Shown here in pieces: positions 10,097-18,193 of a stretch of DNA of 64,000 bases (positions within the stretch are counted from its first letter, which is position 1; the number at the start of each line of letters is the position of its first letter). The position numbers and the translations under genes were made by a program. The stretch is from NCBI GenBank assembly GCA_014381465.1, contig JACNLP010000042.1, positions 40 through 64,039 of the forward strand. Direction: 5' to 3'. The DNA comes from Flavobacteriales bacterium. Its GTDB lineage: Bacteria; Bacteroidota; Bacteroidia; Flavobacteriales; BACL11. The notes under the pieces were generated by a model, which ran no database searches, was not told the DNA's origin, and worked only from the letters and a program-made list of their open reading frames with translations.

Positions 10097-10150
10097 TTTT
10101 CTATATTTTTTCCTCCTGAATATAGCTTAGCAGGAATGCTTTACATAAAA

Positions 10151-10183
10151 AACTAACAACTAATAACTAGCAACTAAAAACTA
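10151..10183. repeat. heptamer microsatellite (AACTARN) x4.5
   Basis: AACTAAC AACTAAT AACTAGC AACTAAA AACTA read directly. Confidence 0.8.
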
Positions 10184-10276
10184 TTTTATATATTAGCCAA
10201 CCGAAATTAACAAAAAAGCGTGAAAAACTTTACAACAGGCATAAGTAGTGGCATAGCAGAATTTTCATTCTTCTTA

Positions 10277-10304
10277 AACACGCAACACGCAACACGCAAC
10301 ACGC
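10277..10304. repeat. perfect heptamer microsatellite (AACACGC) x4
   Basis: AACACGCAACACGCAACACGCAACACGC read directly. Confidence 0.9.
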
Positions 10305-10344
10305 TTACATAATTTAAACAATAGTTTTTTTATTGTTTTAAAAA

Positions 10345-10374
10345 GCAACTACCGAAAGGTAGTTGCTTTTTTTT
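10345..10374. terminator. strong hairpin plus T-run immediately upstream of the methyltransferase gene
   Basis: GCAACTACC-GAAA-GGTAGTTGC (9-bp perfect stem, GNRA-type loop) followed by TTTTTTTT and preceded by AAAAA. Confidence 0.6.
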
Positions 10375-10400
10375 ATGTCAATTTTTTAAAATTTAGTTAA

Positions 10401-11381
10401 ATGGCAAATAAAAACTTACACAAAGCAAAAACCAATAAGAAAGATGAGTTTTATACTCAACTTGCGGATATAGAAAGAGAAATGAAACATTATAAAAATC
10501 ACTTTAAAGGAAAGGTGGTGTATTGTAATTGTGATGACCCAAGAGTAAGTAACTTCTTTCATTATTTTTCTTACAACTTTGAGCATTTAGGATTGAAGAA
10601 GTTGATAGCTACTTGTTATAAAAGCCAAAATATGGATTTATTTAGTCAAAATGATAGTGAACAAGCTATCTATTTGGAATACACAGGAGATAAAAATGGA
10701 AATAATGTGCCAGACCCTTCTGAGATAGGAATAAAGCCACTTAAAGGAGATGGAGATTTTAGAAGTGCGGAGTGTATAGAACTATTGAAAGAAGCAGATA
10801 TTGTAGTGACTAACCCGCCATTTTCATTGTTTAGAGAGTATGTAGCACAATTAGTAGAGTACGATAAAAACTTTATAATAGTAGGGCACCAAAATGCAAT
10901 CTCTTATAAAGAGATATTTAAAATTATAAAGGAAAATAAAATGTGGTTAGGATATGGATTTAAAGGAGGTGCTGCCCATTTTATAAATACTCAATATGAA
11001 GATTATGCCAGTGCAGGTGATCATAAAGAAGGAATGATTAGAGTTTCTGGAGTAGTATGGTTTACCAATTTGGATATAAATAAAAGACATGACGATTTAG
11101 ATTTATTTAAAAAATATAACAAAGAGGAATTTCCAACATACACAAACTATGATGCAATAAATGTAGATAAAACAAAAGAAATACCTATTGATTATAAAGG
11201 TGTAATGGGTGTTCCAATCACATTCCTTAATAAATATAACCCAAAGCAATTTGAGATTATTGATATAAACCCACATTTCTTTACAATAGTTGAAAAGGGA
11301 CTACCAAAACCAAAACAATTAAAAATTGAAGGACAAAAAGACCCTTATGCAAGAATTTTAATTAAAAACAAAAGATTATGA
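10401..11381 (+). CDS. EcoRI-methylase-family N6-adenine DNA methyltransferase
   Basis: N-terminal KKDEFYTQLADIE, catalytic motif IV VVTNPPFSLFREY, C-terminal GVMGVPITFL. This layout is typical of the EcoRI_methylase family. Confidence 0.75.
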   Translation: MANKNLHKAKTNKKDEFYTQLADIEREMKHYKNHFKGKVVYCNCDDPRVSNFFHYFSYNFEHLGLKKLIATCYKSQNMDLFSQNDSEQAIYLEYTGDKNGNNVPDPSEIGIKPLKGDGDFRSAECIELLKEADIVVTNPPFSLFREYVAQLVEYDKNFIIVGHQNAISYKEIFKIIKENKMWLGYGFKGGAAHFINTQYEDYASAGDHKEGMIRVSGVVWFTNLDINKRHDDLDLFKKYNKEEFPTYTNYDAINVDKTKEIPIDYKGVMGVPITFLNKYNPKQFEIIDINPHFFTIVEKGLPKPKQLKIEGQKDPYARILIKNKRL

Positions 11382-12463
11382 AAATAGAGTTTAAAGAGAT
11401 AACTGTAAGAGAGTTGGTGGAAGGTTATGTAGATAATAAACAAGGTGGTGTGCTTGGTTTTGGTGGTAAATTAGATGTTAGGCCTCCTTTTCAGAGGGAG
11501 TTTGTTTACAATATTGATCAAAGTAAAGCGGTAATCAATACACTAAAAAAAGATTATCCATTAAATGTAATGTATTGGGCTGTAAGAGAAGATGGAACTT
11601 ATGAAATAATAGATGGACAACAAAGAACCATAAGTATTTGTCAATATGTGGGAAGAGATTTTTCTTTTGAAGGTATGTATTTTCATAATCTAACAGATGA
11701 TGAACAAAATCAAATATTAGATTATAAACTAATGGTTTATTTGTGTAGTGGTACTGATAAAGAAAAGTTAGAGTGGTTTGAAACTATCAATATTGCAGGT
11801 GCGGTACTTACTAAACAAGAACTTAGGAATGCAGTTTATTCAGGTAGTTGGGTTTCAGATGCAAAAAAGTATTTTAGTAAAAATGGATGTTATGCTTCAA
11901 ATATTGGTAGTGATTATTTAAATGGTTCTGCAATAAGACAAGATTATTTGGAAACAGCAATTAAATGGATTCATGAGGGTACTATTGAAGATTATATGGG
12001 TATTCATCAGAATGATGAAGATTCAGTAGAACTAAAAGATTACCTAACAGAAGTAATTGATTGGGTTGAGGCAACATTCCCAAACAAGAGAAAGAAATTT
12101 ATGAAAGGACAAGATTGGGGTACACTATATAATATTTACAAAGATGAAACTTATGATACAGTTAAGTTAGAAAAAGAAATAGTAAAACTAATACTTGATG
12201 ATGATGTTACCAAAAAGAGTGGTATTTATCCTTATGTTTTAACACGAGAAGAAAAACATCTATCTATTCGTGCTTTTACACCTTCTATGAAATTAAAGGT
12301 TTTTACTAAACAAAAAGGCAAGTGTAAAATCTGTAAAAAGACATTTAAGATAGAAGAAATGGAGGCAGACCATACAACACCATGGCATAGTGGGGGGAAA
12401 ACAAATGAAGCAAATTGCCAAATGTTATGCAAAAAAGATAACCGAGAGAAATCCGGCAAATAA
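11378..12463 (+). CDS. DUF262 (ParB/GmrS-like) domain protein with C-terminal HNH nuclease
   Basis: ATGA overlap with the methyltransferase stop. DUF262 core FQREFVY...IIDGQQRTISI. C-terminal His-Me finger CKICKKTF...EADHTTPWHSGGKTNEANCQMLCKKDNREK. Confidence 0.75.
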   Translation: MKIEFKEITVRELVEGYVDNKQGGVLGFGGKLDVRPPFQREFVYNIDQSKAVINTLKKDYPLNVMYWAVREDGTYEIIDGQQRTISICQYVGRDFSFEGMYFHNLTDDEQNQILDYKLMVYLCSGTDKEKLEWFETINIAGAVLTKQELRNAVYSGSWVSDAKKYFSKNGCYASNIGSDYLNGSAIRQDYLETAIKWIHEGTIEDYMGIHQNDEDSVELKDYLTEVIDWVEATFPNKRKKFMKGQDWGTLYNIYKDETYDTVKLEKEIVKLILDDDVTKKSGIYPYVLTREEKHLSIRAFTPSMKLKVFTKQKGKCKICKKTFKIEEMEADHTTPWHSGGKTNEANCQMLCKKDNREKSGK

Positions 12464-12493
12464 ATTGAATTATTAACCAATACATTTTATATT

Positions 12494-12817
12494 ATGAACT
12501 TAACAGACGCACAAAAACTGGCATTCGCAAGAGAAATGGCAGAGATTTTAACAAACAACCAAGCAGAGTTGGTAGCAGGGGGCTATGACCCTGCCGCAAA
12601 AATTACAGAATTTTGTACCCAAAGCACAGCTGCCGAAAATGCAGAAGCCGACCAACAACAAGCCCAAGCAGATGCAAAACAAGCCACTATGGATGCAAAT
12701 GATACCAGAGATACGGTTTACAACAATGCTTCTGCTACTGTGGAATTGATGGTAGGGGTGTTGGGTAAGGACAATTTGATCGTGCAAGAAATTAAAGCAA
12801 TAAGAGGGGAGATGTAA
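12494..12817 (+). CDS. hypothetical acidic Ala/Gln-rich protein (orphan)
   Basis: 107-aa ORF 30 nt after the nuclease gene. It looks richer in G+C than its neighbours. No recognisable motif. Confidence 0.45.
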   Translation: MNLTDAQKLAFAREMAEILTNNQAELVAGGYDPAAKITEFCTQSTAAENAEADQQQAQADAKQATMDANDTRDTVYNNASATVELMVGVLGKDNLIVQEIKAIRGEM

Positions 12818-12866
12818 TTGTTGTTTTTTGGGATAAAATCCTTAGCTGTTAAAGCGAAATCCAAAA

Positions 12867-12913
12867 GGGAGGTAGTCAGTTTTTATTTTTTGATACTGAT
12901 AGCCTCCTTTTTT
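12867..12913 (+). terminator. imperfect hairpin plus T-run after the orphan ORF
   Basis: GGGAGGTAGTCAGT ... ACTGATAGCCTCC followed by TTTTTT. Confidence 0.4.
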
Positions 12914-12921
12914 ATTGCCCA

Positions 12922-13069
12922 ATCCTTAGCTTTTTAGTTGCCAGCTTTGGCTTTTAGCATAAGTTGCCTTAGCTGATGGCTTACAATGCTTAGCTGTTTG
13001 GGTTTTATCCTTGGCTGCTGAGTGAAAATCCTTGGCTTTTATATTGGTGGCTTTGGCTTTTTACTCACC
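12922..13069. repeat. degenerate 21-bp-period tandem array (7 units) with core ATCCTTRGCT
   Basis: Core copies start at 12922, 12943, 12965, 12986, 13007, 13028 and 13049 (spacings 21, 22, 21, 21, 21, 21). An extra identical core ATCCTTAGCT lies at 12838..12847. Confidence 0.8.
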
Positions 13070-13083
13070 ATCTACTGACTTCT

Positions 13084-13109
13084 GTCTCCTGTCTTCAGTC
13101 TCCTGTCTT
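13084..13109. repeat. 12-bp direct repeat GTCTCCTGTCTT x2 abutting the lolA-like stop codon
   Basis: GTCTCCTGTCTT CA GTCTCCTGTCTT read directly. Confidence 0.8.
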
Positions 13110-13110
13110 T

Positions 13111-13758
13111 TTACCTCAAATCAATCACTTCCACACCAGGGTAATCCTCAGTGTTAAAAGTAAAAGGAGCAATATCTAAATTAGTTTTAAAACTCTTGAT
13201 ATTATAGGTGTAAACACCTCCATTTTTATCGTAAATCTCTAAAATATGGATTTGGCTTTTTAGGGCGTTAATGGTTAGTGTTATTTTCATAATTGGTTCA
13301 CTTTCTTTAGGAAAAAGGTCAATAATGTGCATTCTTTCTCCATCTACTGCTTTTGCTTCTACATAAGCGTTTTTGTAGTCCTCATTATAAATAGTAAAAA
13401 GTTTGTTGGGGCTTAGTGCGTCCTGATCTTCCTTGTCGTAATCCATAATACTAACTTCATTCATTTCTTTTAAATAAACCCAATGGGTAGTACCGTTATT
13501 TATAATGAGTTGCTTAGGCATATCAATCCTAAAATTATCACCTTTCAAATCCAATTTACCATTGCTTTTTTCATTTATTCCAGCGCTTTTATTGGTAAAT
13601 ATATGGTCAAATTCTATACTAATAGAGTTATAGCTTAAAGTTATTTCACTTAAATTTGCTAAAATAGAGGTGGCTAATTTATCTTGAGCTATAACAGTAG
13701 ATAAGTTAATAGAAGCTATTAAAAATAAAGCAGTTATGTTTTTTATTTTAAAATTCAT
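13111..13758 (-). CDS. LolA-like outer-membrane lipoprotein carrier protein
   Basis: Signal peptide; size and beta-rich composition. Sits immediately downstream of ftsK and overlaps it, a conserved Bacteroidota pairing. Confidence 0.65.
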   Translation of the reverse strand: MNFKIKNITALFLIASINLSTVIAQDKLATSILANLSEITLSYNSISIEFDHIFTNKSAGINEKSNGKLDLKGDNFRIDMPKQLIINNGTTHWVYLKEMNEVSIMDYDKEDQDALSPNKLFTIYNEDYKNAYVEAKAVDGERMHIIDLFPKESEPIMKITLTINALKSQIHILEIYDKNGGVYTYNIKSFKTNLDIAPFTFNTEDYPGVEVIDLR

Positions 13759-16108
13759 CTTTGTTATTTAATTGGTTTATAAGTTCTTCCAAGGCCATTT
13801 CATCTTTTACCAATACTTGCCTTGCCTTGCTTCCTTCAAAAGGACCAACAATTCCAGCTGCTTCCAACTCATCAATAATTCTTCCAGCCCTGTTGTATCC
13901 CAATTTTAATCTTCTTTGTATCATAGATGTAGAGCCAGATTGGTGCTTTACTACTACTTTTGCTGCATCTTCAAACATAGCATCTCTTTCATCTAAATTC
14001 ACATCTCCTGCTGCCGCTTCCGTATCTCCAACATATTCTGGTAACAGATGTGCATCAGGATAAGCTCTTTGCGAACCAATATAATCGCAAATAGCATCTA
14101 CCTCAGGTGTGTCAATAAAAGCACATTGTAATCGTGTTAAATCACTTCCTGTAGATATAAGCATATCGCCCATTCCAATGAGTTGCTCAGCTCCTTTGCT
14201 GTCCATAATGGTTCTGCTATCGGTAGATGAAGTTACTCTAAAAGCAACTCTTGCTGGGAAGTTGGCTTTTATCAGCCCTGTTATCACATTCACAGATGGT
14301 CTTTGTGTAGCTACAATCAAATGAATACCTATAGCTCTTGCCAATTGAGCAAGCCTTGCAATAGGGGTTTCAATCTCTTTTCCAGCAGTCATTATAAGGT
14401 CGGCAAACTCATCAATCACCAATACAATGTAAGGTAAATATCTATGCCCATCATTCGGGTTTAGTTTTCTGCTGATGAATTTCGCATTATATTCTATAAT
14501 ATTTCTGCAATGGGCATTCTTGCAAAGTTCGTACCTCTCATCCATTTCAGCACAAAGGGAATTGATTGTTTTTACCACCTTTTTAGTGTCGGTAATAATT
14601 GCGTCTTCTTCTCCTGGAAGTTTTGCCAAATAATGCCTTTCAATTTTATTAAATAGGGTAAGCTCTACTTTTTTAGGGTCTACAAGCACAAACTTCACTT
14701 GTGATGGATGTTTTTTATAAAGTAGAGATGCTAATATTGCATTTAGCCCTACTGATTTTCCTTGTCCTGTAGCACCTGCCATAAGTAAGTGAGGCATTTT
14801 TGCCAAATCCACTACATAGGTTTCATTTGAAATGGTTTTCCCAAAAGCAATAGGTAGTGCCATTTCGTTATTCTGGAACTTTTCTGATGAAATAACATCA
14901 TACATGGAAACGACATTCTTTTTCTTGTTGGGCACTTCAATTCCAATAGTTCCTTTTCCAGGGATTGGTGCAATAATCCTAATTCCTTCAGCTGCTAAAC
15001 TAAGGGCAATATCATTTTCCAGGTTTTTAATTTTAGAGATTCTAACTCCAGCTTCAGGAACAATTTCATAAAGGGTAATGGTAGGGCCAATGGTCGCTTT
15101 TATAGAAGCAATACCGATATTGTAATTCCCGAGAGTTTCTACAATTCTTAGTTTGTTTGCTTCTAATTCTTCTTTGTTTATCTCAATTTTGCTATCGCCA
15201 TAATCTTTTAATAGATCAATTCCTGGCATCTTAAATTGCGATAGTTCCAAAGTAGGGTCAAAGTCGCCTAGTTCCTCCAATTTTTTCTTTATTTCTCTTT
15301 CCGTTAAGGTTTCCTCATTTTCATTTTCAGTTACTTCAATATCCAAATCATCTATTTTATCTTTTGGCTCTTTTTCCTCATTAGTTGAGTCGGTTTTGGT
15401 TGGAGTTTCTATTTCTTCTACAGCTTTTAACTTTGGTGGAGTATCAATAATATTTTCTTGTTTTTCTTCCGTTTTTTCTGCTTCTTTTTCTTTTGGGACT
15501 GGTTTTAGTTTTAAAAGAAACTCTTTTATAAATGTGATATTTATTTTTATCGTTGGAAACCAAATTACAATTAGAGAAACAAAAAGCAGTAATTTTGTGC
15601 CAATTGTACCGAGCATTGCATTGAGCCAAATATTACACTCATAACCAATACCTCCTCCTAAAATTAAATTATTAGTAAAGAAATGACCAAAAAATAAGGA
15701 AAGCCAAACCATAGCAATAAGCCCATGCTTAATGGATTTTCTTATTGGTATCGTGTTTATTTTAATAGCTTTTAACCCTGTTAGTACCAATAAAGCAATT
15801 ACAATAAATGAGGCAATTCCAAACCCTTTAAAAATAAACCAATGTGCAAGCAATGCCCCTAACTTACCTAAACTATTTTCTACTAAAATATCAGAATTAC
15901 TGAGTACATCTTTCCAATTTCCACTTATTTTATCAAAATCGTTTTTCCAATTGGATAGAAACGAAATGCACGCAATAAGTAAATAAGCAGCAATAAGTAA
16001 AATGAAATATCCTACTTTTTTATGGTTCTTCTCATTTTTAAAAGGGGCAGTAATTCTAGAAAATCTGAAACTGCTTTTCTTTTTTTGTTTCTTAAATCGT
16101 ATATTCAT
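13748..16108 (-). CDS. ftsK: DNA translocase FtsK/SpoIIIE
   Basis: N-terminal TM helices, acidic linker, Walker A GATGQGKS, Walker B VIDEFADL, gamma winged-helix SGSTSMIQRRLKLGYNRAGRIIDELE. Confidence 0.95.
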   Translation of the reverse strand: MNIRFKKQKKKSSFRFSRITAPFKNEKNHKKVGYFILLIAAYLLIACISFLSNWKNDFDKISGNWKDVLSNSDILVENSLGKLGALLAHWFIFKGFGIASFIVIALLVLTGLKAIKINTIPIRKSIKHGLIAMVWLSLFFGHFFTNNLILGGGIGYECNIWLNAMLGTIGTKLLLFVSLIVIWFPTIKINITFIKEFLLKLKPVPKEKEAEKTEEKQENIIDTPPKLKAVEEIETPTKTDSTNEEKEPKDKIDDLDIEVTENENEETLTEREIKKKLEELGDFDPTLELSQFKMPGIDLLKDYGDSKIEINKEELEANKLRIVETLGNYNIGIASIKATIGPTITLYEIVPEAGVRISKIKNLENDIALSLAAEGIRIIAPIPGKGTIGIEVPNKKKNVVSMYDVISSEKFQNNEMALPIAFGKTISNETYVVDLAKMPHLLMAGATGQGKSVGLNAILASLLYKKHPSQVKFVLVDPKKVELTLFNKIERHYLAKLPGEEDAIITDTKKVVKTINSLCAEMDERYELCKNAHCRNIIEYNAKFISRKLNPNDGHRYLPYIVLVIDEFADLIMTAGKEIETPIARLAQLARAIGIHLIVATQRPSVNVITGLIKANFPARVAFRVTSSTDSRTIMDSKGAEQLIGMGDMLISTGSDLTRLQCAFIDTPEVDAICDYIGSQRAYPDAHLLPEYVGDTEAAAGDVNLDERDAMFEDAAKVVVKHQSGSTSMIQRRLKLGYNRAGRIIDELEAAGIVGPFEGSKARQVLVKDEMALEELINQLNNKDEF

Positions 16109-16253
16109 AGAATTTCAAAAATACAAATACTTAGTAGTAATGCTTAAAGTGTACAATTATTATATGAGCAATAAATTGTTAATAATTAAAGCTTAATATC
16201 CTACTATGAATTTTGGTAAAAAGCAGAATTAAAAAATTAAATTTGCAAGCGAA

Positions 16254-17171
16254 ATGATTAAGATAAATATACAAAATGAAACTGCAGCTTTAAAAGCTGT
16301 TATTGTAGGGGTTGCTGATGATTTTGTTGGTAAACCAACCATTGAAAAATGTTTTGATCCTAAATCAAAAGCGCATGTTATTGCAGGAACTTATCCTACT
16401 AATGAAGCTTGTGTAAAGGAAATGGATGCTTTAGTTGCAGTATTCAAAAAATATGATGTAAAAGTTTATCGTCCAATGAATATTAAGGGTTTAAATCAGA
16501 TTTTTAGTAGAGATATTGCTTTTGCAATTGAGGATAAGTTGGTTATTCCTAATATAATTGAAGACAGGAAAAAAGAGGCTGATGCTATTGCTGAGGTACT
16601 AAATCAAATTGATGCTGGTGATATAATTAAAATGCCAGCAAACGCTAGGGCAGAAGGTGGGGATGTAATGCCTTGGAATGAATATATTTTTGTTGGTTAT
16701 TCTGAAAAAGAAGATTTTAAAAACTATACAGTTGCTAGAACAAATAGAGCAGGACTTGACTTTTTAGCAACTGCTTTTCCTAATAAAATAGTTAAAGGTT
16801 TTGAACTCAATAAATCAGATGATGACCCAAGGGAAAATGCTTTGCATTTGGATTGTTGTTTTCAACCAATAGGCAAAGATATGGCTATTGTGTACAAGGG
16901 TGGTTTTAAGCATGCAACTGATGTTGAGTTTTTAGTAAATTACTTTGGTGCTGAAAATATAATTGAAGTAAGCCAAGAGGAAATGTACAATATGAATTCG
17001 AATGTATTTTCAATTTCAGAAGAAGTGATTGTATCAGAAAAAGGATTTACAAGATTAAATACTGAATTAAGGAAAAGAGGCTTTACAGTTGAGGAAGTTC
17101 CTTATGCAGAAATTGCAAAAATGGAAGGGCTTTTAAGATGTTCAACAATGCCATTGGAAAGAAGTAACTAG
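16254..17171 (+). CDS. dimethylarginine dimethylaminohydrolase / amidinotransferase-family (pentein) enzyme
   Basis: AEGGDV, ALHLDCCF, C-terminal catalytic Cys context LLRCSTMPL. Confidence 0.7.
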   Translation: MIKINIQNETAALKAVIVGVADDFVGKPTIEKCFDPKSKAHVIAGTYPTNEACVKEMDALVAVFKKYDVKVYRPMNIKGLNQIFSRDIAFAIEDKLVIPNIIEDRKKEADAIAEVLNQIDAGDIIKMPANARAEGGDVMPWNEYIFVGYSEKEDFKNYTVARTNRAGLDFLATAFPNKIVKGFELNKSDDDPRENALHLDCCFQPIGKDMAIVYKGGFKHATDVEFLVNYFGAENIIEVSQEEMYNMNSNVFSISEEVIVSEKGFTRLNTELRKRGFTVEEVPYAEIAKMEGLLRCSTMPLERSN

Positions 17172-17257
17172 TTAAGAAGTGACTAGGGAGTAGTAAAAGG
17201 TATGAAAAGTTTAATTGCTAGTGGCTAGTTACTTTTGCCTAAAAACTTAAAAAAAAT

Positions 17258-18193
17258 ATGAAACAGATTACAAATACAATAATGATGATAAAGCCTGTTG
17301 GCTTTAGGTATAATGAGCAAACGGCTGTCAATAATTATTATCAGCAGGTATTGGATAATTTAACTGCTGAACAAACTCAAGAAAATGCTTTAAATGAGTT
17401 CAATACTTTTGTAGATAAATTAAGGAATGTAGGTGTAAATGTGGTAGTGATTGAAGATACTAAAAATCCTGACACTCCTGATTCAATTTTCCCAAATAAC
17501 TGGGTGTCGTTCCATAGTGATGCTATGATAGGATTGTATCCTATGTGTGCTGAAAATAGAAGGGATGAAAGAAGAGAAGATATTTTTGATACTTTGGTAG
17601 ATGAGCATGGTTTTGCAATTGAGGGAATAAAGGATTTTACAGAGTTTGAAGATCATGATAAGTTTTTGGAAGGTACAGGAAGTATGGTGCTGGATAGAGA
17701 AAACAAGATTTGCTATGCTGCTATTTCTATTCGTACGGATGAGATTGCTGTAATGCAGTTTTGTGAAGAGTTTGGTTACAGACCAGTTTGCTTTACTGCA
17801 AACCAAGATGTTGAAGGGGAGCGTATGGCAATTTATCATACTAATGTAATGATGTGTGTGGCTGATACTTTTGCTGTCATTTGTTTGGACACAATTGATG
17901 ATGAAGCAGAAAGAGAACATGTACTTGAAACACTTACAGAGACAGGAAAAGAAATTATTGAAATAACCCAAGCACAAAAGCATAGATTTGCAGGAAATAT
18001 GTTGCAAGTAATGGGCGATAAACCTTACCTTGTGATGTCCAACTCGGCTTATAGTAGTTTAACGCAAGAACAAAAAACGGCTATTGAAAAACATTGTCCT
18101 ATTTTATATAGTTCATTGGATACAATTGAGGCTTGTGGAGGTGGTAGTGCAAGATGTATGATGGCAGAAATATTTTTACCAAAACAAAAGTAA
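17258..18193 (+). CDS. arginine-deiminase-related pentein enzyme (CtlX-like citrulline utilisation hydrolase)
   Basis: N-terminus IMMIKPVGFRYNEQTAVNNYYQ, YHTNVMM, C-terminal GGGSARCMMAEIF (catalytic Cys). Confidence 0.65.
   Translation: MKQITNTIMMIKPVGFRYNEQTAVNNYYQQVLDNLTAEQTQENALNEFNTFVDKLRNVGVNVVVIEDTKNPDTPDSIFPNNWVSFHSDAMIGLYPMCAENRRDERREDIFDTLVDEHGFAIEGIKDFTEFEDHDKFLEGTGSMVLDRENKICYAAISIRTDEIAVMQFCEEFGYRPVCFTANQDVEGERMAIYHTNVMMCVADTFAVICLDTIDDEAEREHVLETLTETGKEIIEITQAQKHRFAGNMLQVMGDKPYLVMSNSAYSSLTQEQKTAIEKHCPILYSSLDTIEACGGGSARCMMAEIFLPKQK

Noticed and set aside
10114-10122. TCCTGAATA shared with 31242..31250 downstream of aroC (GTCATCCTGAATAAAATGAAGGATC hairpin-like motif)
   Set aside because: A 9-mer match is within chance expectation for 64 kb on two strands. 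It is noted only as a possible dispersed terminator motif.
10010-10165. 51-codon ORF MFTHPLILLLYTPPTPYFTC... through the left-flank repeats
   Set aside because: It is composed of translated repeat sequence with no start context or homology, so it is probably non-coding.
12922-13069. CRISPR array
   Set aside because: The units are contiguous 21-bp degenerate repeats with no unique spacers of about 30 bp. The repeat is too short and poorly conserved, and there are no cas genes in the window.
9987-13110. Prophage or integrative element with integrase/att sites
   Set aside because: There is no integrase, transposase, tRNA target or matching direct repeats at the two borders. The borders carry different repeat types, so the mobility mechanism stays unknown.
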